The notes below the pieces were generated by a model that saw nothing but the letters and a program-made list of their open reading frames with translations, had not been told where the DNA came from and searched no databases. Of a stretch of 64,000 nucleotides of DNA, positions 25,015 to 33,794 are shown piece after piece. A program made the position numbers and the translations under genes. Position 1 is the first letter of the stretch, and every line of letters begins with the position of its first letter. The stretch comes from an uncultured Gammaproteobacteria bacterium (GTDB lineage: Bacteria; Patescibacteriota; Patescibacteriia; VMEV01; CAYQCH01). The DNA is taken from assembly GCA_964352335.1 (NCBI GenBank), contig CAYGRO010000007.1, forward strand, positions 361 to 64,360, written 5' to 3'.

Positions 25015-27711
25015 ATGCAAAAAATAAACGATTTTTACCAAATTAGCGCAAGCGAAGTTTTAAAAACAATAAATTCCTCAGAGCAAGGTCTTTCTACGAA
25101 AGAGGCTGGTTTACGATTAAAAGAGCATGGGTTAAATCGCCTGCCATCGGCTCAGCGTATATCTGCCTGGAAGATTCTCTTTGAACAAGTGAAGAGCCCG
25201 TTAGTTTTTGTCTTAGTATTTGCAGCTGCAATAAGTTTTTTTATTGGGGAGAAATTTGATGTAATCATTATCACAGCAGTAGTCATTATCAATACGATTA
25301 TAGGTTTTTGGCAAGAATACAAAGCAGATAAGTCCATTGAACAACTACAAAACCTTGTAAAGCAATACGCCACAGTGATCAGAGATGGGCAAAGAATGGA
25401 TATCTTATCTGAACAAATTGTTATTGGTGATATTCTCGTTTTGGAGTCTGGAGATAAAATTTCTGCAGACGCACGTTTGCTTTCTGTGCATGATTTTTAT
25501 ACGAATGAGGCAAGTTTAACAGGAGAATCAAATCCCGTGCATAAAGTAATAGAGATACTAGCTGGTAAATTTGGAATTGGAGATCAAAAAAACATGGTTT
25601 TTATGGGAAGTACTGTTGAGCGAGGTAGGGCAAAAGCAATTGTAATTGCAATAGGTTCTGAGACACAAATAGGAAAAATTGCACATTTAGTACAAAAGAC
25701 GGTAGATGAAGCAACTCCATTGCAAGTGCAGTTAAAAAAATTATCTGGTTTATTAACAATTTTTGTTCTTATTGCGGCTGTATTTGTTTTGCTTATCGGA
25801 TTTTTACGAGGAATGCACTTTAATGAGATATTAGTAACAAGTGCGGCTTTAGCTGTTTCAGCGATTCCAGAGGGATTACTCGTTGCATTTACTCTCGTAC
25901 TTGTTGTGGGGATGAAAAGAATTTTAAAACAAAATGCATTAGTGAGAAAACTAGTTGCAGCAGAGACTTTAGGTTCTGTATCAATTGTGTGTTCAGATAA
26001 AACAGGGACAATTACAGAGGGGGTTATGAAGGTAGATCAAATTATTATTGGTGGTTTACCAAGTAAGTCGATGAAAGGGTTTAATGCAAAAGTGGCAAAG
26101 TCAGCTGAAGAAATGCATTTATTCGCTCTAAAAATAATGGCATTATGTAATAATGCCTATAGGAAAAATTCAGATGATAAGTTAAAACAAGCTGAAATAG
26201 TAGGTGACTCAACTGATGTCGCTTTATTATCATCTACATTACATGCTGGTTATATTAAAGAGGAAATAGAAAAAGAATATACTCGAATTGACGAAATCCC
26301 ATTTCACGAAACATATAAATACCAAGCGACATTACATCGTATCGCCAATGATGGAGCTATGGTCTTTGCAAAAGGTGCTCCAGAAGCAATTTTAAACATG
26401 TGTTCTCGTTTTCAAAAAGGCAAAAAATCGTATCAATTAACAAAGGAATCGGAAGAAGAAATACGAACTGATTATGAAGATTTAACCAAGCAAGGTTTGC
26501 GTGTTTTAGCTTTGGCATATTCAAAAACAACAAAACAAATTGAATCATTTGACACACTTATTGATGATAGGGCAAATCCACAATTATCTGATTTAGTTTT
26601 TTTGGGCTGGGTTGGTTTAAAAGATCCTGTTCGAGAAGAAGTGAAGGCTGCTTTTAAAACAATGCAGAAAGCAAGTATTCGTACGGTTATTATAACTGGG
26701 GATCATAAATTTACCGTTCAGGCCATAGTAAATGAATTAGGAAAAGAAGTTGCTGATGAACGTATTTTAGAAGGAAAAGATTTAGACAAACTTTCTGAGG
26801 CTCAATTAGATGCGATTGTAGAAAATATTGATATCTATGCAAGAGTTGAGCCAAAACATAAATTGAGGATTATTCAATCTTGGAAAAGAAAAGGGGAGGT
26901 TGTTGCCATGTTAGGGGATGGAGTTAATGATGCTCCTGCATTAAAAGCTGCTGATATTGGAGTTGCTGTAGGAGAGAATGCTACTGATGTGGCTAAAGAA
27001 ACATCAGATATTATTTTATTAGAAGGGAATTTTAAAGTAATTGAGTCTGCCATTCGAGAAGGGCGAGTTATCTTTGATAATATTCGTAAAATTTTTCTGT
27101 ATTTAATCTCGGATAGTTTTACCGGGATTTTATTGATTAGTATCTCACTCGTACTTGGTTATCCAATTCCATTACTTGTGGCTCATATTCTTTGGATTAA
27201 TATTGCATCAGATGGGCTATTGAATTTAGCACTTACTGTAGAACCAGCAGAAAAAGATGTCATGCTTTATCCTCCTCGTAAAAAGGATGAGCCAATTATC
27301 AATAAAGAAATTTATGTTTTAATTGCGACCATTACATCGGTGGCGGTATTACTAGCAACTCCACTGTATATCTACATGTTTAACCATACAGGGGATTTAG
27401 AGTATGCAAGAACATTAGTCTTTACTGCTTTTGCAATTGATTCCATTATTTATGTCTTTAGTATTAAATCACTACGTCAGCCAATCTGGAAAATTAATCC
27501 ATTTTCTAATCGATGGTTAATCCTTGCTGTTTTGGTAACGGCATTAATGCAAGTACTTATTGTTTACGTTCCATTTTTACAAAAATTACTTAAAACAGTT
27601 CCTCTTAATGCATTTGATTGGGTACTTGTCTTTGGGATAGGGTTTGCTGGAATTATTATTCGAGAATCAATCAAATGGCTTTATTGGCATAATAAACGTA
27701 TAGAGGTTTGA
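25015..27711 (+). CDS. Cation-transporting P-type ATPase (P2A, Ca2+-type)
   Basis: LTGES, IPEGL, CSDKTGT, KGAPE, ITGD, GDGVNDAPALK. Confidence 0.95.
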   Translation: MQKINDFYQISASEVLKTINSSEQGLSTKEAGLRLKEHGLNRLPSAQRISAWKILFEQVKSPLVFVLVFAAAISFFIGEKFDVIIITAVVIINTIIGFWQEYKADKSIEQLQNLVKQYATVIRDGQRMDILSEQIVIGDILVLESGDKISADARLLSVHDFYTNEASLTGESNPVHKVIEILAGKFGIGDQKNMVFMGSTVERGRAKAIVIAIGSETQIGKIAHLVQKTVDEATPLQVQLKKLSGLLTIFVLIAAVFVLLIGFLRGMHFNEILVTSAALAVSAIPEGLLVAFTLVLVVGMKRILKQNALVRKLVAAETLGSVSIVCSDKTGTITEGVMKVDQIIIGGLPSKSMKGFNAKVAKSAEEMHLFALKIMALCNNAYRKNSDDKLKQAEIVGDSTDVALLSSTLHAGYIKEEIEKEYTRIDEIPFHETYKYQATLHRIANDGAMVFAKGAPEAILNMCSRFQKGKKSYQLTKESEEEIRTDYEDLTKQGLRVLALAYSKTTKQIESFDTLIDDRANPQLSDLVFLGWVGLKDPVREEVKAAFKTMQKASIRTVIITGDHKFTVQAIVNELGKEVADERILEGKDLDKLSEAQLDAIVENIDIYARVEPKHKLRIIQSWKRKGEVVAMLGDGVNDAPALKAADIGVAVGENATDVAKETSDIILLEGNFKVIESAIREGRVIFDNIRKIFLYLISDSFTGILLISISLVLGYPIPLLVAHILWINIASDGLLNLALTVEPAEKDVMLYPPRKKDEPIINKEIYVLIATITSVAVLLATPLYIYMFNHTGDLEYARTLVFTAFAIDSIIYVFSIKSLRQPIWKINPFSNRWLILAVLVTALMQVLIVYVPFLQKLLKTVPLNAFDWVLVFGIGFAGIIIRESIKWLYWHNKRIEV

Positions 27712-27739
27712 TGATTTTACTGATACAATAAAAACAAAA

Positions 27740-28750
27740 ATGAAATCAATAACAAATACAACAGCTGAATTAAGCGCTTTATTTCCACCTGGTACTGCTG
27801 GGCGAGATATGGTTTCGCAAATTCCAATTTTTTTAGGAAATGCGTTGGTTTCTGATGTTAAAAAGCATTTCATTAAACATGCTTTGGAATATAAAACATT
27901 AAACTATTTGTATATTGTCGATGCTAGTCATCATCTCCTTGGTGTCACTTCGGTTAAAGAATTACTGCAAGCAAAAGGGGGGAGTAAATTATCCTCTATC
28001 ATGAAAAAAACGATTGTCTCTGTAAATCCATTAGATACGGTTCCTCATGTTGCATTATTAGCATTGAGACATAATTTAAAAATGCTTCCTATTGTTGATC
28101 ATAAAAAACGGCTAGTTGGTGCATTCAGTTCACAAAAATTATTAGATATTTTAAATAAAGAATTTGGTAATGACCTTTTAAGATTGTCTGGGGTGAGTGT
28201 TCCTAGGAAGCATTTTCATTTTCAACAAGTAAAAATCATCTACTCCCGATTACCATGGATGCTTATTGGTATGTTCGGAGGCTTGCTTACAGGTCTTATT
28301 ATCGGTGCATTTAAATCTTCCATTGAAGCGATTGTTTTATTGGCTGTTTTTATTCCTGTGATTATGAGTTCAGGGGCAACAAGTGCCAATCAATCTGCCA
28401 TGATTTTTTTAAGAAATCTTATTCATGGCGATATTAACGGTTGGACAAGGTATGTGTTAAATGAGATTAGAATTTCTGGTGCGATTGCATCCATTTTGTC
28501 TATTCTCTTATATCTTATCTTGGCATTCTATCCAGGGGATATGGTTTTAGCTGGCGCTGTAAGTATTTCACTTTTTTTTACCATTATCTCTGGGTCATTG
28601 GTGGGGGTATTTACTCCTATGGTTTTAAATAAACTAAAATTAGATCCCTCTACAGGTGCTGGACCTTTTTTAACAATACTTAAAGATTTGATCGCAATGA
28701 CAATTTATTTTACAATTGCCACTTCTTTTTTAACGTATTTTGGAGGATAA
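27740..28750 (+). CDS. mgtE: MgtE-family magnesium transporter (CBS pair + TM domain; no N-domain)
   Basis: YLYIVD, LPIVDH, RLPWMLIG, FIPVIM, LDPS..GPFLTILKD. Confidence 0.85.
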   Translation: MKSITNTTAELSALFPPGTAGRDMVSQIPIFLGNALVSDVKKHFIKHALEYKTLNYLYIVDASHHLLGVTSVKELLQAKGGSKLSSIMKKTIVSVNPLDTVPHVALLALRHNLKMLPIVDHKKRLVGAFSSQKLLDILNKEFGNDLLRLSGVSVPRKHFHFQQVKIIYSRLPWMLIGMFGGLLTGLIIGAFKSSIEAIVLLAVFIPVIMSSGATSANQSAMIFLRNLIHGDINGWTRYVLNEIRISGAIASILSILLYLILAFYPGDMVLAGAVSISLFFTIISGSLVGVFTPMVLNKLKLDPSTGAGPFLTILKDLIAMTIYFTIATSFLTYFGG

Positions 28751-28754
28751 AACT

Positions 28755-29402
28755 ATGAATGTATATCAATTACAAAAAGATGGAAAACTTTCAAAATCGG
28801 ACAGAGATGAAGTTGTTTCGATTTTGAATAATCATGGAATTATTGTAATGCCAACAGATACAAGTTATGGTCTTGCTGCGAAAATAGATGATGAAAAAGC
28901 ATTAAAGAAGCTAGTTAAAGTAAAAGGAAGAGAAAAAGGGAAGACAATGTCTATCGTTGTTAAAGGGCAAGCACAAGCTTTAAAATACGGAGTTATTTCA
29001 TGCAATCCAAAAGCCTTATGGAAAGCATTTCTCCCTGGTCCGCTAACTCTTGTTGTTTGGTCGAAAGTAAAAAAACTCCCATTGATAAGAAGAGAAGATA
29101 ATACCTTGGCGATAAGATTTGTACCAACCCCAGTTGTGAATCAAATTTTAAGAGCCATTGATACTCCTGTGACCATTACTTCTGCTAATCGTGGAAGAAA
29201 AACTGATGTTTATTCCCTTGATGAATTTAAGAAACAGTATAAAAATGGTACATTACCAGAAGCGTTTATTGATGCAGGTAAATTAAAAAAACAGAAACCT
29301 TCTACCATTGTAAGTGCCCTTAAAGGAGAAAAGGTCATTGTGCTAAGAAAGGGACCTGTTTCCGAAAAACAAATTAAACAAGCTATTAAGAATTCTCATT
29401 AA
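28755..29402 (+). CDS. tsaC: L-threonylcarbamoyladenylate synthase (YrdC/Sua5)
   Basis: MPTDTSYGL, KGR, PGPLTLV, TSAN, PSTIV. Confidence 0.93.
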   Translation: MNVYQLQKDGKLSKSDRDEVVSILNNHGIIVMPTDTSYGLAAKIDDEKALKKLVKVKGREKGKTMSIVVKGQAQALKYGVISCNPKALWKAFLPGPLTLVVWSKVKKLPLIRREDNTLAIRFVPTPVVNQILRAIDTPVTITSANRGRKTDVYSLDEFKKQYKNGTLPEAFIDAGKLKKQKPSTIVSALKGEKVIVLRKGPVSEKQIKQAIKNSH

Positions 29403-29411
29403 CTTTATTTT

Positions 29412-31001
29412 ATGTCAGATCGACCTAAACCTGTTGTTCTCATTTCATTAGATGGATGGGGGGCAAGTGCTATTACAGATGGAAATGCCATCGAACAAGC
29501 CAATACGCCCAATATGGATAATTTAATGAGAAATTATCCATTTACCTACGTAGATGCCTCCGGGATTTCTGTTGGTTTGCCATGGGGTGAGGTTGGGAAT
29601 TCAGAGGTAGGCCATCTTAATCTTGGTGCGGGTCAAGTTATTTATCAAAATTTACCTCGAATTCAAATTTCTATTCAAGATGGAAGTTTTCAAAAGAATG
29701 AACATTTTTTAAATGTGATTAAACAGGTCAAAAAGAATAAAACTAAACTTCATTTATTGGGGATTCTTTCAAGTGGTGGAGTCCATGGGCATATGGATCA
29801 CTGTTTTGAATTATTAAAAATGTGTAAAGAAAATAAATTGAAAAAAAATGTTTTTGTTCATGCCATCACAGATGGACGTGATACACCTGCAGCGGTTGCG
29901 GACCAATTTATTGCTCAGTTATTGGCTGTAATGAAAAAAACAAAGGTTGGTCAATTAGCTTCTATGGTTGGTCGGTATTATGCAATGGATAGGAATAATA
30001 ACTGGGACAGAACAAAGCTCGCCTATGAGCTTATGACCAAAGGATTAGGGTTACAATTTAAAGATCCTCTTGAAGCAATAAAAGAATTGTATGGTCAAGA
30101 TATGAAAGATGAGCAATTGCAGCCCACAGTAATGGTAGATAAAAAAGGAAATCCATTGGCCATTGTAGAACCCGGTGATGCAGTTATCTTTTGGAATTAT
30201 CGTCCAGATCGTGCCAGACAAATAACAAAGGCCTTTGTTTTAGATGAATTTGAAGGGTTTGAAAGAGAAAAAATTGATCCATTACAATTTGTCACGATGA
30301 TGGAATATGAATCAGGGCTTCCTGTAGACGTTGCTTTTCCTCCGCAAAATATTCAAGAACCTGTTGGAAAAATCATTTCAGATGCTGGCTTGAAACAATT
30401 ACGTTTAGCCGAAACAGAAAAATACGCTCATGTAACCTATTTTTTCAATGGTGGTTCCGAAGAAGAATTACCAAATGAGGATAGAGCGCTTGTTCCATCT
30501 CCCAATGTAGCTACTTATGATTTACAGCCAGAGATGTCTGCTGACGGTATTGCCCAAAAGGCTGTAAAAGAAATTGGTTCAGGTAAATATGATTTTATTA
30601 TGTTAAATTTTGCTAACGCCGATATGGTTGGGCATACAGGGAATTTTGAAGCAGCCAAAAAAGCCGTTGAAGCTGCTGATGCTGGCGTAGGAAAAATAAC
30701 TGATGCGGTATTAAAGCAAGGTGGGGCTGTTGTGATTACAGCTGATCATGGAAATGCGGAGCAAATGAAAGACCCATTAAAAGGAACTGAGGTAAAAGAG
30801 CATTCTACTTCTTCTGTTCCATTAATCATCATTCAAGATTCTCGCAAAAGAGAATTAGATGAAGCGACATTTGAAGCCTTAAGAAAACAAATTACTCCAA
30901 TCGGGATTTTAGGAGATGTTGGTCCAACAGTTCTTGCATTATTGGGGCTAAACCCTTCGGCAGAAATGACGGGTAGAAGTCTATTGGATGATTTGATCTA
31001 A
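29412..31001 (+). CDS. gpmI: 2,3-bisphosphoglycerate-independent phosphoglycerate mutase
   Basis: LDGWG, GNSEVGH, DGRD, GRYYAMDR, AETEKYAHVT, DMVGH, TADHGN. Confidence 0.98.
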   Translation: MSDRPKPVVLISLDGWGASAITDGNAIEQANTPNMDNLMRNYPFTYVDASGISVGLPWGEVGNSEVGHLNLGAGQVIYQNLPRIQISIQDGSFQKNEHFLNVIKQVKKNKTKLHLLGILSSGGVHGHMDHCFELLKMCKENKLKKNVFVHAITDGRDTPAAVADQFIAQLLAVMKKTKVGQLASMVGRYYAMDRNNNWDRTKLAYELMTKGLGLQFKDPLEAIKELYGQDMKDEQLQPTVMVDKKGNPLAIVEPGDAVIFWNYRPDRARQITKAFVLDEFEGFEREKIDPLQFVTMMEYESGLPVDVAFPPQNIQEPVGKIISDAGLKQLRLAETEKYAHVTYFFNGGSEEELPNEDRALVPSPNVATYDLQPEMSADGIAQKAVKEIGSGKYDFIMLNFANADMVGHTGNFEAAKKAVEAADAGVGKITDAVLKQGGAVVITADHGNAEQMKDPLKGTEVKEHSTSSVPLIIIQDSRKRELDEATFEALRKQITPIGILGDVGPTVLALLGLNPSAEMTGRSLLDDLI

Positions 31002-31047
31002 TAGCAAGAAAAACGTATTATCTTTTCAGATTTGATTTAATTTATTT

Positions 31048-32343
31048 ATGTTTAAATATCTTCTTCCTAATTCGTGGAAACGTCTTTATCATTTTTCTTG
31101 GGCAATAGTGAGTATTCTTGTTTATGGTTTGCCTTCTAGAAAAATGAAAATCATTGGTGTTACAGGAACTGATGGGAAAACAACAACGACAACTCTCATT
31201 CATTCTGCCTTAAAAGAGTCTGGCATAAAAGTTGCCATGATCAATGGACTTACCTTTAGTCTTCCTTCAAAAGAATGGAAAAATGCTTCTGACAATTCAA
31301 CACCGGGGAGATTGGCGATTAGAAAATTTTTGAAACAAGCGAAAAAAGAAGGTTGTGAGGTTGTGGTTTTGGAAGTTACTTCATGGGGGCTAGAGCAATA
31401 CCGTTTATTAGGAGTTGCTTTTGATGTGGCTGTTATTACCAATTTTGCTCATGAACATTTAGACTTGCATAAGTCTATGAATCGTTATCGGTCAATGAAA
31501 GGGAAGTTATTTAAAGCTCTGGATTCAAAGCGTAAGCCAGGACAAGAAAAAATAGCGATTGTTAATAAAGATGACGAATCATTTGCGTATTTCAATCGGT
31601 TTAAAGCAGATAAAGTTATAAGCTATAGTTTAAAACAAGATGCCGATCTTAAAGTAGGGGGGATACAACAAAAACCTCAACTCAAATTTGATTTGTATAT
31701 GGAATCACAAAAATTTCCTGTTGAATTACAAATTAAAGGTGTTTTTAATATTTCAAATGCACTTGCTGCTATTGGAGCTGCTCGTGCAGTGGGGGCTGGT
31801 ATTGAATCTAGTATAAAAGGAATGGAAAAAGTTGAACAAGTACCAGGAAGAATGGAATTTATCGATGCGGGGCAACCATTTTATGTGGTTGTAGATTTTG
31901 CACATACTGCTCAAGCATTTGAAGCTATTTTTGCTTCGGCCCGTTCTATGGTGGGAGAAGGGAATCAAATTATTGCTGTTTACGGTTCAGCTGGTGGTCG
32001 AGACAAAGGACGTAGAAAAATGATTGGTGACATCGCAGGGAAAATGATCGATTATAGTATTTTAACAACTGATGACCCGAGAAATGAAGATCCAGAAAAA
32101 ATTGCTGGACAAATTATTGAGGGACTTGCACTGCATCATAAAAAAGTGAATGATGATTTCATTTTTGTAAAAGACCGCGCTGAGGCAATTGCCAAAGGGA
32201 TAGACCTCGCAAAGGATGGAGATATCGTTCTTACATTAAGCATGGGGGCATATGAAATCATGTATGTTGGCGATGGAAAAGTACAATGGTCAGATAAAGA
32301 AGCTGCGAAAAAAGGTTTACAAAAGCGTGGGTTTCTCACCTAG
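31048..32343 (+). CDS. murE: UDP-MurNAc-tripeptide ligase (N-terminally short form)
   Basis: GVTGTDGKTTT, EVTS, HEHLDLH, VPGRME, VDFAHT, GGRD, DDPR. Confidence 0.92.
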   Translation: MFKYLLPNSWKRLYHFSWAIVSILVYGLPSRKMKIIGVTGTDGKTTTTTLIHSALKESGIKVAMINGLTFSLPSKEWKNASDNSTPGRLAIRKFLKQAKKEGCEVVVLEVTSWGLEQYRLLGVAFDVAVITNFAHEHLDLHKSMNRYRSMKGKLFKALDSKRKPGQEKIAIVNKDDESFAYFNRFKADKVISYSLKQDADLKVGGIQQKPQLKFDLYMESQKFPVELQIKGVFNISNALAAIGAARAVGAGIESSIKGMEKVEQVPGRMEFIDAGQPFYVVVDFAHTAQAFEAIFASARSMVGEGNQIIAVYGSAGGRDKGRRKMIGDIAGKMIDYSILTTDDPRNEDPEKIAGQIIEGLALHHKKVNDDFIFVKDRAEAIAKGIDLAKDGDIVLTLSMGAYEIMYVGDGKVQWSDKEAAKKGLQKRGFLT

Positions 32344-32384
32344 AAAATTGATTTGAAAGAATCTAAACAACAAAAAGTACTACT

Positions 32385-32414
32385 TTGACACCTTGTATAG
32401 AACCCTTTTATACT
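32385..32414 (+). promoter_or_regulatory. sigma70 promoter of gdhA
   Basis: TTGACA-18bp-TATACT. Confidence 0.7.
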
Positions 32415-32442
32415 AGGTGGACTTTAATTATTGTATAAGCCT

Positions 32443-33687
32443 ATGACGACAAATAATCCGTTTGAATCAGCCATGAAACAATTAGACAATGCGGCTGAAT
32501 ACATTTCAGATCAAGATCAACAATATGTAGCTGTATTGCGTAATCCGAAACGACAAGTAGAGGTATCTATTCCATTTCGAATGGATGATGGTTCATTAAA
32601 AATCGCACAAGGATATCGTGTTCAATATGATGATCATCGAGGTCCGTTCAAAGGTGGGATTCGGTATCATCAAGATACAGATATCGATGAGGTAAAGGCC
32701 TTAGCTTTTTGGATGGCGGTAAAAACAGCAACTGTTGGAATTCCACTCGGTGGAGGAAAAGGTGGGGTGACAATCAATCCAAAAGAATTATCAGAAACTG
32801 AGTTAGAAAATCTTTCTCGAGCATGGGCTCGTGTCATGGCTCCTATAATTGGCCCAGATATTGATATTCCCGCGCCAGATGTAAATACGACACCACAAAT
32901 AATGGAGTGGATTGCCGATGAATATGCAAAAATCACAGGAAAGTCACAGCCTGGGGTTATTACAGGTAAACCTATTGAAGCTGGTGGAAGTGAAGGGAGA
33001 GGCACTGCTACTGCGCAAGGGGCTTTTTACTGCCTAGAAGAATTAATGAAAAAGCTAACAAGAGAGCCTGAATCTACAACAGTAGCGATTCAAGGATTTG
33101 GAAATGCTGGTGCTCATTTTGCTAACCTTTGTTTTGATGCTGGCTATAAAGTGATTGCCGTATCAGATTCTCGTGGTGGTATATTGAACAAAGATGGGTT
33201 AGATCCAAGAAAGGTACTTGAACACAAAAACTTAACAGGGTCTGTTCAAGGTTTTGATGGAGCCGAAGATATCACAAATGAAACTCTACTTACAACAGAA
33301 TGCACAATATTAGCTCCTGCTGCTTTAGAAAATGCTATTACAGATAGGAATGCTGATACTATCAAAGCAATGGCAATTATAGAATTAGCTAATGGTCCCA
33401 CAACACCAATGGCAGACGAAATTCTTACGAAAAAAGGGGTTACAATTATCCCTGATGTATTAGCAAATGCTGGAGGAGTAACAGTTAGTTACTTTGAATG
33501 GTATCAAAACCAAAATAATGAGAAATGGTCAGAAGAAGAGGTCTTACAAAAGCTAGAGCCAATTATGAAAGAAGCTTTTACCGCTATTTGGTCGAAGAAG
33601 GAAGAAGTAGGTAAAGATATGCGAACAGCTGCCTTTATTTTAGCAATACAAAGAATTATTGATGCAATGAAAGAGGCAAAACTCTAA
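32443..33687 (+). CDS. gdhA: Glutamate dehydrogenase (Glu/Leu/Phe/Val family)
   Basis: GPFKGGIRY, GGGKGG, DIPAPDVNT, QGFGNAG, ANAGGVTVSYFEW. Confidence 0.95.
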   Translation: MTTNNPFESAMKQLDNAAEYISDQDQQYVAVLRNPKRQVEVSIPFRMDDGSLKIAQGYRVQYDDHRGPFKGGIRYHQDTDIDEVKALAFWMAVKTATVGIPLGGGKGGVTINPKELSETELENLSRAWARVMAPIIGPDIDIPAPDVNTTPQIMEWIADEYAKITGKSQPGVITGKPIEAGGSEGRGTATAQGAFYCLEELMKKLTREPESTTVAIQGFGNAGAHFANLCFDAGYKVIAVSDSRGGILNKDGLDPRKVLEHKNLTGSVQGFDGAEDITNETLLTTECTILAPAALENAITDRNADTIKAMAIIELANGPTTPMADEILTKKGVTIIPDVLANAGGVTVSYFEWYQNQNNEKWSEEEVLQKLEPIMKEAFTAIWSKKEEVGKDMRTAAFILAIQRIIDAMKEAKL

Positions 33688-33700
33688 AAACAAATAAAAA

Positions 33701-33728
33701 AAAAGCAGGGCAAGACCCTGTTTTTTTT
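33701..33728 (+). terminator. Intrinsic terminator
   Basis: AAAAGCAGGG-CAAGA-CCCTG followed by T8. Confidence 0.75.
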
Positions 33729-33794
33729 CTGTGTAGATATTACTATACTTTTCTGTAAAATAAACCTACAATAAAGTAGATTAACCATAGAAAC

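Noticed and set aside
28741-28746. GGAGG before tsaC as evidence of host SD use
   Set aside because: It is the Gly-Gly codons ending mgtE and may be incidental; noted as an exception to the SD dichotomy
24795-28750. tRNA-anchored genomic island
   Set aside because: No duplicated tRNA 3' end or integrase; the tRNA 3' side leads directly to a terminator and dnaB
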